64,000 nucleotides of DNA from Myxococcales bacterium (GTDB lineage Bacteria > Myxococcota_A > Polyangia > Polyangiales > Polyangiaceae), in the NCBI GenBank assembly GCA_016703425.1, contig JADJCA010000011.1:378050-442049 (forward strand). The letters run 5' to 3'. The notes beneath the pieces were generated by a model. That model was not told the origin of the DNA. It did no database searches and worked only from the letters and a program-made list of their open reading frames with translations. Each line of letters starts with the position of its first letter. Position 1 is the stretch's first letter. The position numbers were made by a program, and so were the translations under genes. Shown here piece after piece: positions 43,420 to 54,847 of this stretch.

Positions 43420-44582
43420 CAATACTCCGTCAGTTGGGCGAGGTAGCCCGTGAAATTTCGCCGCAGCTCGCCCATGGAATCGCCGCCAAACTTCTCGAGC
43501 ACCGCCTCGGCGAGGACGAGGCACACCATGGCCTCGCCGACCACCGACGCAGCCGCGACGGCGCAAATGTCGCTTCGTTCGAAGGCTGCGTCGAAGGGCT
43601 CCTTGGTCACGACGTCGACGCTCGCCAAGGCGCGCCGCAACGTGGCGATGGGCTTCATCGACGCGCGCGCCACGAGCACCTCGCCGTTGGTCACGCCCCC
43701 CTCGAGGCCCCCCGCGTGGTTGCTGCCGCGGACGAAGCGCCTCTTGGTCTCGTCGTAAGCGATGGGATCATGGACCTCGGAGCCGCGCTTCGTCGCCACC
43801 GACGCGCCGTCGCCGATGGCCACGGCCTTGATGGCCTGGATGCTCATGAGCGCCTGCGCGAGGCGCCCGTCGAGCTTTCGATCCCAGTGCACGTGACTCC
43901 CAAGGCCCGCCGGAACGCCCCGCGCCACGACCACAAAGGAGCCGCCGAGCGTGTCGCCGGCGTGGGATGCCTCCAGGATGGCGGCGCGCATGCGCGCTTC
44001 CGCCTCGGTGTCGGGGCACGCGAGCTCCGACGCGAGCGCCCGCGCGGAGATGTCCGCGAGCGAGCCCTCCGCCTTGGCCGTCACGTCACCGATGGCCTCG
44101 ACCCAAGCCGAGACCTCGATGCCAAGGGCTTGAAGGAGCGTCCGTGCGACGGCTCCCGCCGCCGTCCGCGCCGCCGTTTCGCGAGCGCTGGCCCGCTCGA
44201 GGACGTCGCGCAGATCGTGACGGTCGTATTTGAGCCCACCGGCCAGGTCGGCGTGTCCCGGCCGCGGACGCGTCAGCGGCTCGGGCGCGGCAGCGAAGGG
44301 CTCGGCGCCCATCTTGTCGCGCCAATTCTCGAAGTCGCGGTTCTCGACGCTGAGCGCGACGGGAGAGCCGAGCGTGGCGCCGCCCCGCACGCCCGAGAGG
44401 ATCGCGACGGCGTCGCGTTCGATCTTCTGCCGGCCCCCGCGACCGTAGCCGACCTGGCGCCGCGCCAAGTCACGGTTGATGTCGTCGGCCGACAGCGCGA
44501 GGCCCGCAGGGAGCCCCTCCACGATCGTCACGAGACGTGGGCCGTGCGACTCTCCCGCGGTGAGCCATCGGAAACGCGACAT
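43419..44582 (-). CDS. aroC: Chorismate synthase
   Basis: [28 protein letters not shown]... 387 aa. Its stop overlaps the aroKB start (TGATG). Confidence 0.9.
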   Translation of the reverse strand: MSRFRWLTAGESHGPRLVTIVEGLPAGLALSADDINRDLARRQVGYGRGGRQKIERDAVAILSGVRGGATLGSPVALSVENRDFENWRDKMGAEPFAAAPEPLTRPRPGHADLAGGLKYDRHDLRDVLERASARETAARTAAGAVARTLLQALGIEVSAWVEAIGDVTAKAEGSLADISARALASELACPDTEAEARMRAAILEASHAGDTLGGSFVVVARGVPAGLGSHVHWDRKLDGRLAQALMSIQAIKAVAIGDGASVATKRGSEVHDPIAYDETKRRFVRGSNHAGGLEGGVTNGEVLVARASMKPIATLRRALASVDVVTKEPFDAAFERSDICAVAAASVVGEAMVCLVLAEAVLEKFGGDSMGELRRNFTGYLAQLTEY

Positions 44583-44916
44583 GGGTGAGCCCGGCAGGGT
44601 AGCAGAGGCGAGCGCCGCCTCGGCTCTCACGCTGACGGCCAAGGGCGCGGGCGTGGAATTCGAGGTGTTCGCCAAGCCCAGCGCGAAGAAGAGCGCCGTC
44701 CGCGGCCTGCGTGACGGGGCTCTCGAGGTGGCCGTCGCGGCGCCTCCAAAGGAGGGGGAGGCGAACGAGGAGCTCGTTCGGTTTCTCGCAGAGGCGCTCG
44801 GCGTCCCCCGTCGTGACGTCACGCTGGTTCGAGGGGCGAGCGCGCGCCGCAAGCGCGTGTGCGTCGTCGGCCTTTCGCTCGAGGAGCTCCGCGCGCGGCT
44901 GGCGCACGCTTGCTGA
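44581..44916 (+). CDS. DUF167 (YggU-like) family protein
   Basis: [46 protein letters not shown] matches the DUF167 pattern. The ATG overlaps the aroC start codon on the opposite strand (CATG), so the true start may lie downstream. Confidence 0.5.
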   Translation: MGEPGRVAEASAASALTLTAKGAGVEFEVFAKPSAKKSAVRGLRDGALEVAVAAPPKEGEANEELVRFLAEALGVPRRDVTLVRGASARRKRVCVVGLSLEELRARLAHAC

Positions 44917-44927
44917 CGCCGGCTACC

Positions 44928-45752
44928 ATGACGGAGAGCATGACCCTCGCGCTGCCGTTCACGAAATACGAGGGCCTCGGCAACGACTTCGTGGTGGTCG
45001 ACGTCTCGCTGGCGGACGCACAGGCCTTCGACGTCGGCCTCGCCTCGCGGCTCTGCGATCGCCGTCGTGGCGTTGGCGCCGATGGTGTCCTCGTCGTGTC
45101 GCCACCCTCCGCGGCGGGACACCTCGCGCGAATGCGCGTCATCAACGCCGACGGTTCGGTGCCCGAGATGTGCGGCAACGGTCTGCGCTGCGTGGCGCTC
45201 CATCTCGCGAGGCAGCGCGGCGCCTCCGCGCTGGAGGGATCGGTCGAGACGGACGCCGGGGCCCGACCCGTTGTCGTGCGCGGTGACGCGACCGCCGCGG
45301 AGGTCACCGTCGACATGGGCGAGGTGGGCCTTGGTGACGAGCGCTCGGTGGAGATCGCCGGCGAGACCGTTCGCCTCGTTGACGTCAACGTTGGCAATCC
45401 GCACGCCGTCCTCGTGCCGCTCGCGGCTGTGCACGAGCGAGCGCGAATTGAACGCCTCGGGCCCATCCTTGAGCGGCATCCGTCGTTTCCCGCGGGTGTG
45501 AACGTCGAGCTCGTAAGCCGTGAAGGCACCGCCCTTCGCGTCACCGTGTGGGAGCGTGGCGTCGGCTTCACGGAAGCCTGCGGCACGGGAGCTTGCGCCG
45601 TTGTGGCCGCGCTCACGGCGCGCGGCGACGTTGAAGGCGGCGTCGAGACCACGGTTCGTTTGCCCGGCGGTGAGCTCCACATCACGATGCAGCGGGGCCG
45701 CGCACGCATGCGAGGACCGGCACGCTACGTCTTTTCCGGGGTCTTCTCGTGA
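44928..45752 (+). CDS. dapF: Diaminopimelate epimerase
   Basis: [15 protein letters not shown], catalytic Cys in EMCGNGLRC and EACGTGACA. An alternative start at 44940 is possible. Confidence 0.85.
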   Translation: MTESMTLALPFTKYEGLGNDFVVVDVSLADAQAFDVGLASRLCDRRRGVGADGVLVVSPPSAAGHLARMRVINADGSVPEMCGNGLRCVALHLARQRGASALEGSVETDAGARPVVVRGDATAAEVTVDMGEVGLGDERSVEIAGETVRLVDVNVGNPHAVLVPLAAVHERARIERLGPILERHPSFPAGVNVELVSREGTALRVTVWERGVGFTEACGTGACAVVAALTARGDVEGGVETTVRLPGGELHITMQRGRARMRGPARYVFSGVFS

Positions 45753-47230
45753 CGCCGCTCCGCGTCCTCGTCGCGAGCGAAGAGTCGTCCTTCGTGGAGC
45801 TCGCCACGCGCGTCATTGCGTCGGCTGATCACACCGTCTTCGTCGCCAAGACGCCGGACCAAGCCGACGCGCTCCTCACGGCGACGCTCGTGGACGCCGT
45901 TCTCGCCGACGGGCGCAGCACGGCGGCGCTCGCGTGCCTTCCGCAGGTCGAGCTGCGAACGCCGGGCGCGGCGCTGCTCGTGGCCGTTGACCCTGACGAT
46001 GGCAATACGCTTCGGGCGGCCCTCGGTCTTGGCGCGACCGGGATCGTCGCGTTGCCGCTCTCCGGCGATGCGCTCCTCGGCGCCCTCGCTCGCGTCGCCG
46101 AGACGGTGGCCCTTCGGCGCCGCGCGCCCGGCACCGACCGGCCCCCCGCGCCCGAGCCGTTGCTCCTCGTGCAGCGGATGGTCGATGGCGCCCTGCTGAG
46201 TGAAGAAGAGTTGGTGCGCGCCGCCCTCTTGACCATCGAGACCTTGGTCCGCGAAGTCCGTCCGCGCGTCGAGCTCCGCTTCGCGAACGAGCCGGTGACG
46301 GCGCCGTCGGCCGACGTTCCTCGGCTCCTCTTGGGCGAGATCGACGCGCGGGTCGCCTCGTTGGAGATCGAGGGGGGCGACAAGGACGCCCGCGGCCGCG
46401 CCCTCGCCATCGGAGGCATCTTGGCCGGCCTGCTCGCGCTTCGCGGCAGCCGCGGAGAGCGCGCACCAAGCGAACGCCGCGTCATCTCCGATCGCGAGCT
46501 CTTCGAGGCGTTGCAGCGCACGCTCTCGGTGCTCGGACCCCACAAGCCGGTCTCCGTGTTGGTCGTCCCCGACGACGGACGCGAGCGCGCGCCTGAGTCG
46601 TCGCGCACCGACGCGACCGCTTGCGTCGGCCGCGTCGGCGAAGACTTGGTCTTCGTGCTGGCCGGCGTGGGCGCCGCGGAGGCCGCTACCCGGCGCCGCG
46701 TCCTCGCGCCTGATGGCCTGGCCGGCGTGGCTTCGGCGCCGCAAGACGGTCGCGGCGCGGCCGATCTCGTTCGCGTGGCGAAGGCGCGCCTCTTGCGCGC
46801 GCGCAGCTCTCCCTTCCGCGCCGTCGCTCGCGCAGAACCGCTCTCGGCCGTGGTCGACGAGCTCTTGTCGTCCCCCTTGCAGGCCGCCGGTGCCTACGGC
46901 TGCTACCCGCTTCTCTTGTCGCTCGGCGGGCTCTCGGCCCTGGCGCGACAAGCGACCGACGAAGCGCTCCGGGCGGGCCCGTGCATTATGCACCTAGGCG
47001 CTTCCGCGGCGTCGCTCCACGAAGCGCTGGCCGACGCCGAGCGCGCCTCCGGCGGAAAGCTGTCGGTGCACGCGTCGACGGCGCCCGATGGCGTCTACGG
47101 CGTGGTGCTCGTGGGCGAGGCGGGCTCTTGGAGCTGCGTCGGCCGCGACGACGGCGAAGGCATCGCAGCGGTCCACGCCGCCGATCCGGTCCTCGCCGAC
47201 CGCATTGCCCGCTCGATGGACGCGTCATGA
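45749..47230 (+). CDS. Hypothetical protein with N-terminal receiver-like (pseudo-receiver) domain
   Basis: GTG overlaps the dapF stop (GTGA). [11 protein letters not shown]...VDAVLADG is a CheY-like beta-alpha fold, with the acidic pair replaced by SEE. The C-terminal 350 aa are uncharacterised. Confidence 0.5.
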   Translation: MTPLRVLVASEESSFVELATRVIASADHTVFVAKTPDQADALLTATLVDAVLADGRSTAALACLPQVELRTPGAALLVAVDPDDGNTLRAALGLGATGIVALPLSGDALLGALARVAETVALRRRAPGTDRPPAPEPLLLVQRMVDGALLSEEELVRAALLTIETLVREVRPRVELRFANEPVTAPSADVPRLLLGEIDARVASLEIEGGDKDARGRALAIGGILAGLLALRGSRGERAPSERRVISDRELFEALQRTLSVLGPHKPVSVLVVPDDGRERAPESSRTDATACVGRVGEDLVFVLAGVGAAEAATRRRVLAPDGLAGVASAPQDGRGAADLVRVAKARLLRARSSPFRAVARAEPLSAVVDELLSSPLQAAGAYGCYPLLLSLGGLSALARQATDEALRAGPCIMHLGASAASLHEALADAERASGGKLSVHASTAPDGVYGVVLVGEAGSWSCVGRDDGEGIAAVHAADPVLADRIARSMDAS

Positions 47231-47658
47231 CCGATCGGCCCCCCAAAGACGGTTCCAAGAACGACGACGACCTGGTGGCCTCGGGATTCGTCGCGCAAGC
47301 GTCGCGCACGTCAACGCTGCGCGTGGTCTTCGCTGGGAGTCCGTCGCGCCTCGCGTCGCTCGGCGCCGTTCTCGCCGAGGGGAGCCTGCAGGCGCTGCCG
47401 ACGTCGTTCCAGCACGAGTCCGGGGTGCAGGTCGTCCTCTGTCCGCTCGTCCCCGCGTACGCGCCCTTGTGGCCCGTCACCCTCTATGGCGCCGCCGTCG
47501 TGGTGCGCCTCGACGAAGCGGCGCCGGGCCTGCTGGAAGCCGCGGCCGACGCCGTCGACCTCACGGTCGTTCACGACACGGCGAGCGGTGATCTCGACGA
47601 GCTCGTGGCGCGGGCCGCCTCGCTCTCCGCGAGCCAGGGCCGCGACGCGGCAGGCTGA
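47227..47658 (+). CDS. Hypothetical protein (143 aa)
   Basis: ATG overlaps the upstream stop (ATGA). No recognisable motif. Confidence 0.45.
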   Translation: MTDRPPKDGSKNDDDLVASGFVAQASRTSTLRVVFAGSPSRLASLGAVLAEGSLQALPTSFQHESGVQVVLCPLVPAYAPLWPVTLYGAAVVVRLDEAAPGLLEAAADAVDLTVVHDTASGDLDELVARAASLSASQGRDAAG

Positions 47659-47686
47659 CGGGGGCTGACGGCTCTCAGCCGCGCCG

Positions 47687-48460
47687 CTACCGGTAATCTT
47701 CGACGATCGTGCCGATGGGCTCGCCAAAGACCACGCGCTTGATGTTGCCGCGCGTGGAGAGCTTGAAGACGCGAACGGGCATGGCGTTGTCACGGCAGAG
47801 CGACGCGGCTGTCGAGTCCATGACGCCGATGCGATCGGCGAGGAACTGATCGAAGCTCATTCGGGTGTACATCTCGGCGTCGGGAAAGCGCACCGGGTCT
47901 CGGTTGTAGATGCCCTCCACCTTCGTGGCCTTGAAGAGCGCGTCCGCATGGATTTCCATGCAGCGGAGCGCCGCCGCCGTGTCGGTCGAAAAATAGGGGT
48001 TGCCGGTCCCGCCAGCGAAGATCACGACGCGGCCCTTCTCGAGGTGACGGACGGCGCGCCGCCTGATGTAGGGCTCCGCGACCTGACGAATCTCGATGGC
48101 CGTCATGACGCGCGAGGGGACGCCGCACTTCTCGAGGCCGTCTTGCAAGGCCAGCGAGTTGATGACCGTCGCCAACATGCCCATGTAGTCGCTCTGCGCC
48201 CGGTCCATGCCGGCGCTGGCGCCCTTCAGGCCGCGGAAGATGTTGCCACCGCCGACGACGATGCCGATCTGGACACCGACCGCGTGGACCTCGGCGAGCT
48301 CTTCGGCCACGTTCCGCAGGACCTCCGGCGCGATGCCGAAGCCGCCCGTTGAGCCGCAGAGCGCCTCGCCGCTCAGTTTGAGGACGATGCGGCGGTAAAC
48401 CAGCTCCGGATCGGGGGCCGAGGGAGGAATCGTGAGATCGCGGTCGTCCGGATGGCGCAT
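47687..48460 (-). CDS. pyrH: UMP kinase
   Basis: [43 protein letters not shown]. 257 aa. Confidence 0.9.
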   Translation of the reverse strand: MRHPDDRDLTIPPSAPDPELVYRRIVLKLSGEALCGSTGGFGIAPEVLRNVAEELAEVHAVGVQIGIVVGGGNIFRGLKGASAGMDRAQSDYMGMLATVINSLALQDGLEKCGVPSRVMTAIEIRQVAEPYIRRRAVRHLEKGRVVIFAGGTGNPYFSTDTAAALRCMEIHADALFKATKVEGIYNRDPVRFPDAEMYTRMSFDQFLADRIGVMDSTAASLCRDNAMPVRVFKLSTRGNIKRVVFGEPIGTIVEDYR

Positions 48461-48521
48461 GAGGCCTTCGCATAGCGAAGTGGGTGGCCGGCCGCAATCT
48501 GCCGTAGTAATTCCCTGTCCT

Positions 48522-49553
48522 ATGCCGGTCCGAGCGAACCTCCTCCTCTTCGCGGCACTCGCCTGGGCGCCCCTTGCGGGGTGCGGTCGCGGGCCCAAAG
48601 TCACCGGCGCCGACGCCGGGCTTGGCGCGACGACGCCCTCGTCGGCGGGCCTTTCGCCCGAGCAGGCAAAACGCGTCATCGTGAAGGTCGGTGAGCGCCC
48701 CATTACGCTCGGCGACTTCGCGGCGTCCCTTGAGCACATGGACCAGTTCGATCGGCTCCGGTACCAGTCGCCAGAGCGCCGCATGGAGCTGCTCGAAGAG
48801 ATGATCCGCGTGCGACTCCTGGCCGATGAAGCGCTGGCCAAGGGGTACGACAAGGATCCCATCGCGGTCCAAGAGCTGCGCGCAGTGCTGCGTGACGCTG
48901 TGCTCGACGAGGCGAAAAAATCGTCTCGCGCACCGGCCGAGCTGCCGGTGGCCGAAGTTCGGGCGTACTTCGACGCTCATCGTGCAGAATACAAAGACCC
49001 GCAGCGTCGTCGGGCCCAGCTCGTCTCGCTGCGCGACGACGCCGCGGCGCAGGCGGTGCTCGACGCCTACAAGAAGGCGCCGACCGTCGAGACCTGGGGT
49101 GAGCTCGTGCGAAGCCGCTCGCTCGACGCGCAGGCGCGCGCTGACGTGCCGGCCGATCTGGCCGGCGACGTGGGCTTCTCCAGTCCTCCCGGCGATCCGC
49201 GCGGCTCCAACCCTCGTGTCCCCGAAGAGGTGCGTGTGGCGCTCTTCTCGCTCGCGGCCGTCGGCGACGTCTTCCCGCAGCCGGTGCGCTCCGGGACGAA
49301 GACCTTCGTGGTGCGGTTCTCGGGCAAGGTCGACGCGAGCGAGCGCAGCTTCGAGGAGGCGGAGCGCACGATCCGCGTGAAGCTCGCGCAAGACGAGCTC
49401 CGGAAGAAGGAAGGGGAGCTGCTCGAGAGTCTTCGCAAGCAGTACCCGGTACAGATTGACGAGGCGGCCTTCGCCGCCGTGAAGATCGACATGACGTCGG
49501 ATGCGGGCACAAGCGGCGCCGGGGGCGCCAGCGTTGAGGCCGGGCGGAACTGA
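48522..49553 (+). CDS. SurA/PpiD-like periplasmic chaperone / peptidyl-prolyl isomerase lipoprotein
   Basis: [21 protein letters not shown] has a lipobox. SurA-N-like helical domain and a PPIC-type parvulin-like segment. Confidence 0.65.
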   Translation: MPVRANLLLFAALAWAPLAGCGRGPKVTGADAGLGATTPSSAGLSPEQAKRVIVKVGERPITLGDFAASLEHMDQFDRLRYQSPERRMELLEEMIRVRLLADEALAKGYDKDPIAVQELRAVLRDAVLDEAKKSSRAPAELPVAEVRAYFDAHRAEYKDPQRRRAQLVSLRDDAAAQAVLDAYKKAPTVETWGELVRSRSLDAQARADVPADLAGDVGFSSPPGDPRGSNPRVPEEVRVALFSLAAVGDVFPQPVRSGTKTFVVRFSGKVDASERSFEEAERTIRVKLAQDELRKKEGELLESLRKQYPVQIDEAAFAAVKIDMTSDAGTSGAGGASVEAGRN

Positions 49554-50702
49554 ATGCGGGTCTCGCTGCCGCAGCTAACGAACGACGACGGGCCGTCGCG
49601 GGAGCGAGGCGCCGAAGGCGCGCGCCCGCGCCGCTCGCCGCGCGACTGGCAGTGGCAGATTCGAAACGCCGTGACGACGACCGCCGATCTGTCTCGCGCG
49701 CTCGCGCTCACGCCGGAGGAGATGGCCGGGGCGAAGCGCGCGGAGGCGGCCGGCCTCCCGATGGCGATCACCCCGTACTACCTTAGTCTCGCCGACCGCT
49801 ACGATCCCCGCTGCCCCGTTCGCGTTCAATGCGTGCCCCACTCGGCCGAAGGGGAGAGCGTCGATGGCGACCTCGAAGATCCGCTCGGCGAGGTCGCTCA
49901 CGAGGTCGCGCCTCACTTGGTGCAGCGGTATCCCGATCGAGCGCTCCTCCTCGCGACCGATCGCTGCGCCGTGTATTGCCGCTTTTGCACGCGCTCGCGC
50001 ATCGTCGGAAGCGGCGGCGGCGCCACACCGCAGACGGCTCTCGAGCCGGCCCTCGCGTACCTTCGCGGCCATCCTGAGGTGCGCGACGTCATCGTCAGCG
50101 GCGGCGATCCGTTGGCCATGGCCACGCCGCGCGTCGTCCGCATCGTCGCCGCGCTCCGGGCCATCCCGAGCCTCGACACCATCCGCCTCGCGACGCGCGT
50201 TCCGGTCACGTTGCCGATGCGCATCACGGGGGAGCTGCTGCGCGCGCTCCGGCCGTACCACCCGCTTTGGGTCATGACCCACTTCAATCACCCGAAGGAG
50301 CTGACGCCCCAGTCGATCCGAGCTGTGACGCGCCTCGCCGACGCCGGCTTTCCGGTGATGAACCAGACGGTGCTCCTCCGCGGCATCAACGACGATGCGG
50401 CGGTCCTCGAGGCCCTGTTCCGTGGGCTCGTGCGGGCCCGGGTGCGGCCTTATTACCTGCTCCAGGCCGACCCCGTAAAAGGCACTGGGCACCTCCGCAC
50501 GCCCCTCGCGAAGGGCATTGAGCTCATCGGGACCCTTCAGGGGCGCCTCACGGGCATCGCCCTCCCCAAGTTCATTTGCGACACCCCCGACGGCCGCGGC
50601 AAGGTGCCGCTCTTGCCTGAAAACATCGTGGCCCGCGAAGGCTCGCGCACCACACTCCGCACGTTCCGCGGCGAGCTCGTGGACTACGTCGATCCGCCCT
50701 GA
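49554..50702 (+). CDS. Lysine 2,3-aminomutase family radical SAM protein (KamA / EF-P beta-lysylation EpmB-like)
   Basis: CAVYCRFCTRS radical SAM cluster motif, SGGDPL, and PYYLLQADPVKGTGH motifs. Confidence 0.8.
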   Translation: MRVSLPQLTNDDGPSRERGAEGARPRRSPRDWQWQIRNAVTTTADLSRALALTPEEMAGAKRAEAAGLPMAITPYYLSLADRYDPRCPVRVQCVPHSAEGESVDGDLEDPLGEVAHEVAPHLVQRYPDRALLLATDRCAVYCRFCTRSRIVGSGGGATPQTALEPALAYLRGHPEVRDVIVSGGDPLAMATPRVVRIVAALRAIPSLDTIRLATRVPVTLPMRITGELLRALRPYHPLWVMTHFNHPKELTPQSIRAVTRLADAGFPVMNQTVLLRGINDDAAVLEALFRGLVRARVRPYYLLQADPVKGTGHLRTPLAKGIELIGTLQGRLTGIALPKFICDTPDGRGKVPLLPENIVAREGSRTTLRTFRGELVDYVDPP

Positions 50703-50842
50703 AGCCTCGCTCTCCCCGTAAACGTGAACGTGCCCGTGCCCGTGGACGCTCTCCTCTGCTCTCCTCTCCTCTTCCTCCGCCGCACCGCCGCACTCGGTCT
50801 CATTTCTGGGCGAGACTCGCCGTAGGCAGCGAGCCGGGCATC

Positions 50843-52644
50843 TTGTACCTTGCGGCCGTGGCAAAGCTCCGCTCGTCCGCTCGTCTTCTTGCCGTTGTCG
50901 CCCTGGCCGCGAACGTCCTCGCGAGCGCGCCAGTTTTGGCTCAAGCCGGGGATGCGAAGGCGGCCCTGGCGTCGGCCGACAAGGCCGTCAAAGCGAAAGA
51001 CTGGGCGAAGGCCCAGGCCGACTTTCGCGCGGCCCACGCCGCCTCGCCGAGCGCCCAGGCGGTGCACGGACTAGGCGGCGCGAGCTACGAGCTCAAGGCC
51101 TGGGCCGAGGCCTACGAGGCCTACGACGAGTTCTTGAAGTCCTACAAAGACGCGATGGGCGGCGGCGCCAAGGCGCTCGCCGAAAAGCGCTTGAAGGAGC
51201 TCGAGGCGAAGACCGGCGCCGTCACGGTGCTCGTCAACGAGGCCGGCGCCGAGGTCTTCCTCGGTGATCGCAAGCTCGGCGCGAGCCCCGTGCGGGCCCT
51301 CGTCCGTGTCGCGACGGGGCCGCACAAGGTTCGCGTGACCAAGGCCGGGTTCGCGGCCTTCGAGAAGAACATCGACGTCGCGGCGAGCGCCCGCGTCAGC
51401 GTCGACGTCGCCCTCACCAAAGAAGCGAAGACCGGTCGACTCGTCGTCAAAGAGAGTGGCGGCCAGGCGGTGCGTGTCATCGTCGATGGGGTCGACATGG
51501 GCCCCGCTCCCTGGGAAGGTGAGCTGCCCCGGGACCGCACGACGTCTCCGTTCGCAGCGCAACGCTCGGCTCGACGACGCAAAAGATCGAGGTGAACGCC
51601 GGCAAGACCGCCGAGGCGCAGATCACCGCGACGTCGGCCACGGGCCGCATCGAGATTCGCACCGGCGACGGCCTCGGCAACGTCTACGTCGACGGCAAGC
51701 TCGTCGGCGAGGGGTCCTACTCGGCGGAGGTCCCATCGGGGTCCCACCTCGTGAAGGTCACGCGCGAGGGCTTCATGCCCTTCGAAAAGACCATCGACGT
51801 GGCGGACAAGCAGGCCGTTTCCGAGACCGTCACGCTGCGCCGCGAGGGGCAATCGCTCCAGGCCGTGAAGGTCGAGGAAGAGCGGCCGTTTTTTGGGCTC
51901 TATGGCGGCTTTGGTCTTGCCGGCGCGGCGGGCTTCGGCGGGATGGGCAGCAGCCTCGAAGGCGAGTCGTGCAAGACACGCGGCGCGGTGAGCTGCGATA
52001 CGCCTGGGCCCCTTGGTGGCGGAGCGTTTGGCTACGTCGGCTTTACCTGGCTCCCCGTCGGCTTCGAGCTGTTCCTCGCCGGTCTGTTCGACCACTCGGA
52101 ACAAAAGGCCGAATTTGTGCAGCCCGACCCCACGAAGGTCGCGCTCCTCGGCCCAAGCCGAACGGAAACGTTCAAGGTGAATCGCGTGGGCGGCGTAGCG
52201 GCCCTTCGCGTTCGCGCCACCTACGACGCGAAGGTCGTTCGACTGAGCCTCGCAGCCGGTCCGGGCATTGCCTACAAGGTCCTCATCCTTGAACGAGAGG
52301 CCACGACCCCCACGGGCTTCAGCGACCGTTATGTGCCCGACGACGGCAAGACCAACGCCGGCGAAACGGAGGCCAACAAGCTCTCGTACGTCGGTCCGGC
52401 CCTCAGCGGTGACGTGTCGATGCACGTCCGCATCTCGGATTCGGTTGCCATCTCGCTCGGCGCCTTGGCCTGGCTCGAATCGGCCGGCACCGAGGTCGTC
52501 GCCCAGGGCGACAAGAACCGCTACATGGTGAACTCGGCGCAGCAAGGCTCGACGCCCATCGCCCTTCGGACCCCGAGCTACCAGCCCACGGTCGGAACGC
52601 AGTTCTTCCTCGGCCCGTACCTCGGCATGCAGTTCGGGCCCTGA
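50843..52644 (+). CDS. Secreted multi-PEGA-domain protein (interrupted by a single-base frameshift near 51527-51531)
   Basis: ORFs 50843..51595 and 51592..52644 are PEGA repeats of one protein. Adding one C to the cccc run reads GELPPGPHDVSVRSATLGSTTQKIEVNAGKTAEAQI, a canonical PEGA segment spanning the junction. Confidence 0.65.
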
Positions 52645-52730
52645 GTCGGCGGCCGCTGATTGAAGCCCAAACGAAACGAGGGCGGCCTCCACTGGAGGGC
52701 CGCCCTCGATCGCTTATGCCTCGGCGCGCG

Positions 52731-54797
52731 TCAGTTCTTCTTTTGGGTCGCCGTCACGAAGAGGACCGGCGGCAGCGGGGCCGCGGCGGGCAGCGCGATC
52801 GTTGGGTCAACCTTCGCGATGAACTCGGACGCGAGCTTGCCGGTGCCGATGTTGCGCGAGTTGTTTCGCAGGGTCTCGCAGGGCGCGCCGCAGATCCGGA
52901 TCAGCGACTGTTGGGCGCCGGCGAAGTTCCACCCGTCGACCGGTGCGCCGTCCTTGCAGGCCTCGTTGAAGACGACGTCCGGTTGACCCAAGATCGACAA
53001 CGTCGTCTTGCTGCCGTCGGTGATCGAGCCGGGGCGATCGTAGAGGCAGCTCGAGAGGTCGCTGACGATGCGCCCTAGCGCTTCGGCGGCCGGGCCACCC
53101 TTGCCGCGCGAGTCGTCGAAGCAGTTCTCCTTGCGTCCAGCCGCCGTGGTCACCGCCTCGCACTGCGCGACGCGTTCAATGCGAAGCGGGCTCGCGTCGT
53201 CGGCTTGCTTGATCGGCGGGTTCGCCGGCGGCGCAGTGGGATCGTCGCCCTTCTGGCCGAGTTGGATCACGTAGGTGAGGATGCCCTTCTTGAACGCCTC
53301 GCCAGCGGCCGCGGCGATGGCGCCGGTCTTGGCGCTGCTGCACGACTCACCGACGGGGTTGTTCGTCAGGATCACGACCGCGCGAAGGTTCAGCTTGTCC
53401 TTGTCATCGAGCTTGTCGAGCATGTCGTAGACGCCGCCGCCGCTGAGCGCGTTCTCGACGGAGCCAACGGGGGCGCGCGCCGGCGATGAGCGGTCCTTGC
53501 CGACGAGGTCGGCGATGGCGTCGCGCGCTTGCAAGGCCGGCACGAACTTCACGTCGAGCGCGTTTCGGTCGGCGAAGCTCGCCGCGGGCAAACAGGCGCT
53601 CGCCCCGGCGGCCGCGTCGGTGAGCCACTTGAAGCCGACCTGCGTCGTCGAGAAGACTGCGTCGTCGAGCGAGAGGCTCAAGATGAGCTGGACCGGATCC
53701 TTGGTGGGGTCATTCGAGTACAGAATCCCCGCCATCGGCGCGGAGCGGTCTAGCAAGACCAGCAGCTTGCTCGGCGCCGGAATGAGCACGTCACCGTTCT
53801 CGTCGCACAGCGGCTGCTCCGGCGGCTTGGGCGGGCAGGAGCGGCTCGCGGCGAGGGCGAGGATCTTCTTCTTCTTCGGATCCTTCGTCTTGGTGAGCTC
53901 GCAGAGGCCCGGCGCGAGGCGGAACTTCCCGGGGCCGGTGATCGTGTAGCCCTCTTGGTGCTCGGCGAGGTCCTTCTCGACGGCGGCCTTCTCTTCCGGC
54001 GAGAGCTCCGCGAAACCGGGGACCGACGCCGCCGTGATGTCGACGTCCAAGACCTCGGTGACCATGCCCTCGAAGATGGCGCGGACGTTCATGCCCTCGA
54101 GCGAGCCGGGAACCGAATAGGTGCACGTGGCCGCGTCGTCGAGCACGGGCGCGACGGCGTCCGTGAGGCAACGCGCGAGCGAGAAGCACGTGCTCGAGTC
54201 ACCAAACGCCAGCTCGGCGGAGTAATCGTGGAAGATGTGCGAGTCGCGCTGCGGATCGACGCAGTTGCCACCGACGCAGACCTTGTCGTCGGGGCACTTC
54301 TGATCGAAACACGCGTACTTGAGCGGCATGGGCAAGTAGAGGATGCGCCCGTTGCGGTAGCTCTGCCGGCTGCGTCGCAAGATGCGCGCACCGAGCGGGT
54401 TCTTGCCCGAGGCGTCGCTCTCGCCGAGGCCCGTCTCCGACTCGCAGTCGGTGCCGCGCGCCAGGGCTACTTCCGCTTCCTCGGCTCGGTAGGCGACGAC
54501 GTTCACCATGACGGCGGGAGCGTCGGTGTTGGCCTTGTGCACGCCGAGGGTCTTCGGGAGGCGCGCCTTGCCGTTGATGACGGCCACGCGTGCACAATCG
54601 GTGACGACGCCCACGGGATCCGTCGCCGAATACGCACGGACGCTGTACTCGAGCGTCTTGAACTCTTTGGGGACCTGGACCTGCGTGCTGAAGCCCGCGA
54701 CGTATTCCGTGGCCGGCTCGCCCTTGGAGCAGCCCATCCCCCCACCCACGGTGGCGCAAACCAACGACGTCCCAACGAGAACCTTAAGAAGCTTCAT
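52731..54797 (-). CDS. Cys-rich lipoprotein with vWA-like domain
   Basis: MKLLKVLVGTSLVCATVGGGMGC has a lipobox. Cys-rich N-terminal third. LLVLLDRSAPM...VVILTNNP matches a von Willebrand A pattern. Confidence 0.6.
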   Translation of the reverse strand: MKLLKVLVGTSLVCATVGGGMGCSKGEPATEYVAGFSTQVQVPKEFKTLEYSVRAYSATDPVGVVTDCARVAVINGKARLPKTLGVHKANTDAPAVMVNVVAYRAEEAEVALARGTDCESETGLGESDASGKNPLGARILRRSRQSYRNGRILYLPMPLKYACFDQKCPDDKVCVGGNCVDPQRDSHIFHDYSAELAFGDSSTCFSLARCLTDAVAPVLDDAATCTYSVPGSLEGMNVRAIFEGMVTEVLDVDITAASVPGFAELSPEEKAAVEKDLAEHQEGYTITGPGKFRLAPGLCELTKTKDPKKKKILALAASRSCPPKPPEQPLCDENGDVLIPAPSKLLVLLDRSAPMAGILYSNDPTKDPVQLILSLSLDDAVFSTTQVGFKWLTDAAAGASACLPAASFADRNALDVKFVPALQARDAIADLVGKDRSSPARAPVGSVENALSGGGVYDMLDKLDDKDKLNLRAVVILTNNPVGESCSSAKTGAIAAAAGEAFKKGILTYVIQLGQKGDDPTAPPANPPIKQADDASPLRIERVAQCEAVTTAAGRKENCFDDSRGKGGPAAEALGRIVSDLSSCLYDRPGSITDGSKTTLSILGQPDVVFNEACKDGAPVDGWNFAGAQQSLIRICGAPCETLRNNSRNIGTGKLASEFIAKVDPTIALPAAAPLPPVLFVTATQKKN

Positions 54798-54847
54798 GAG
54801 CAACCTTCCTGACGAACCTGACGAATCTGGCGAAGACGGTGCGCCGT

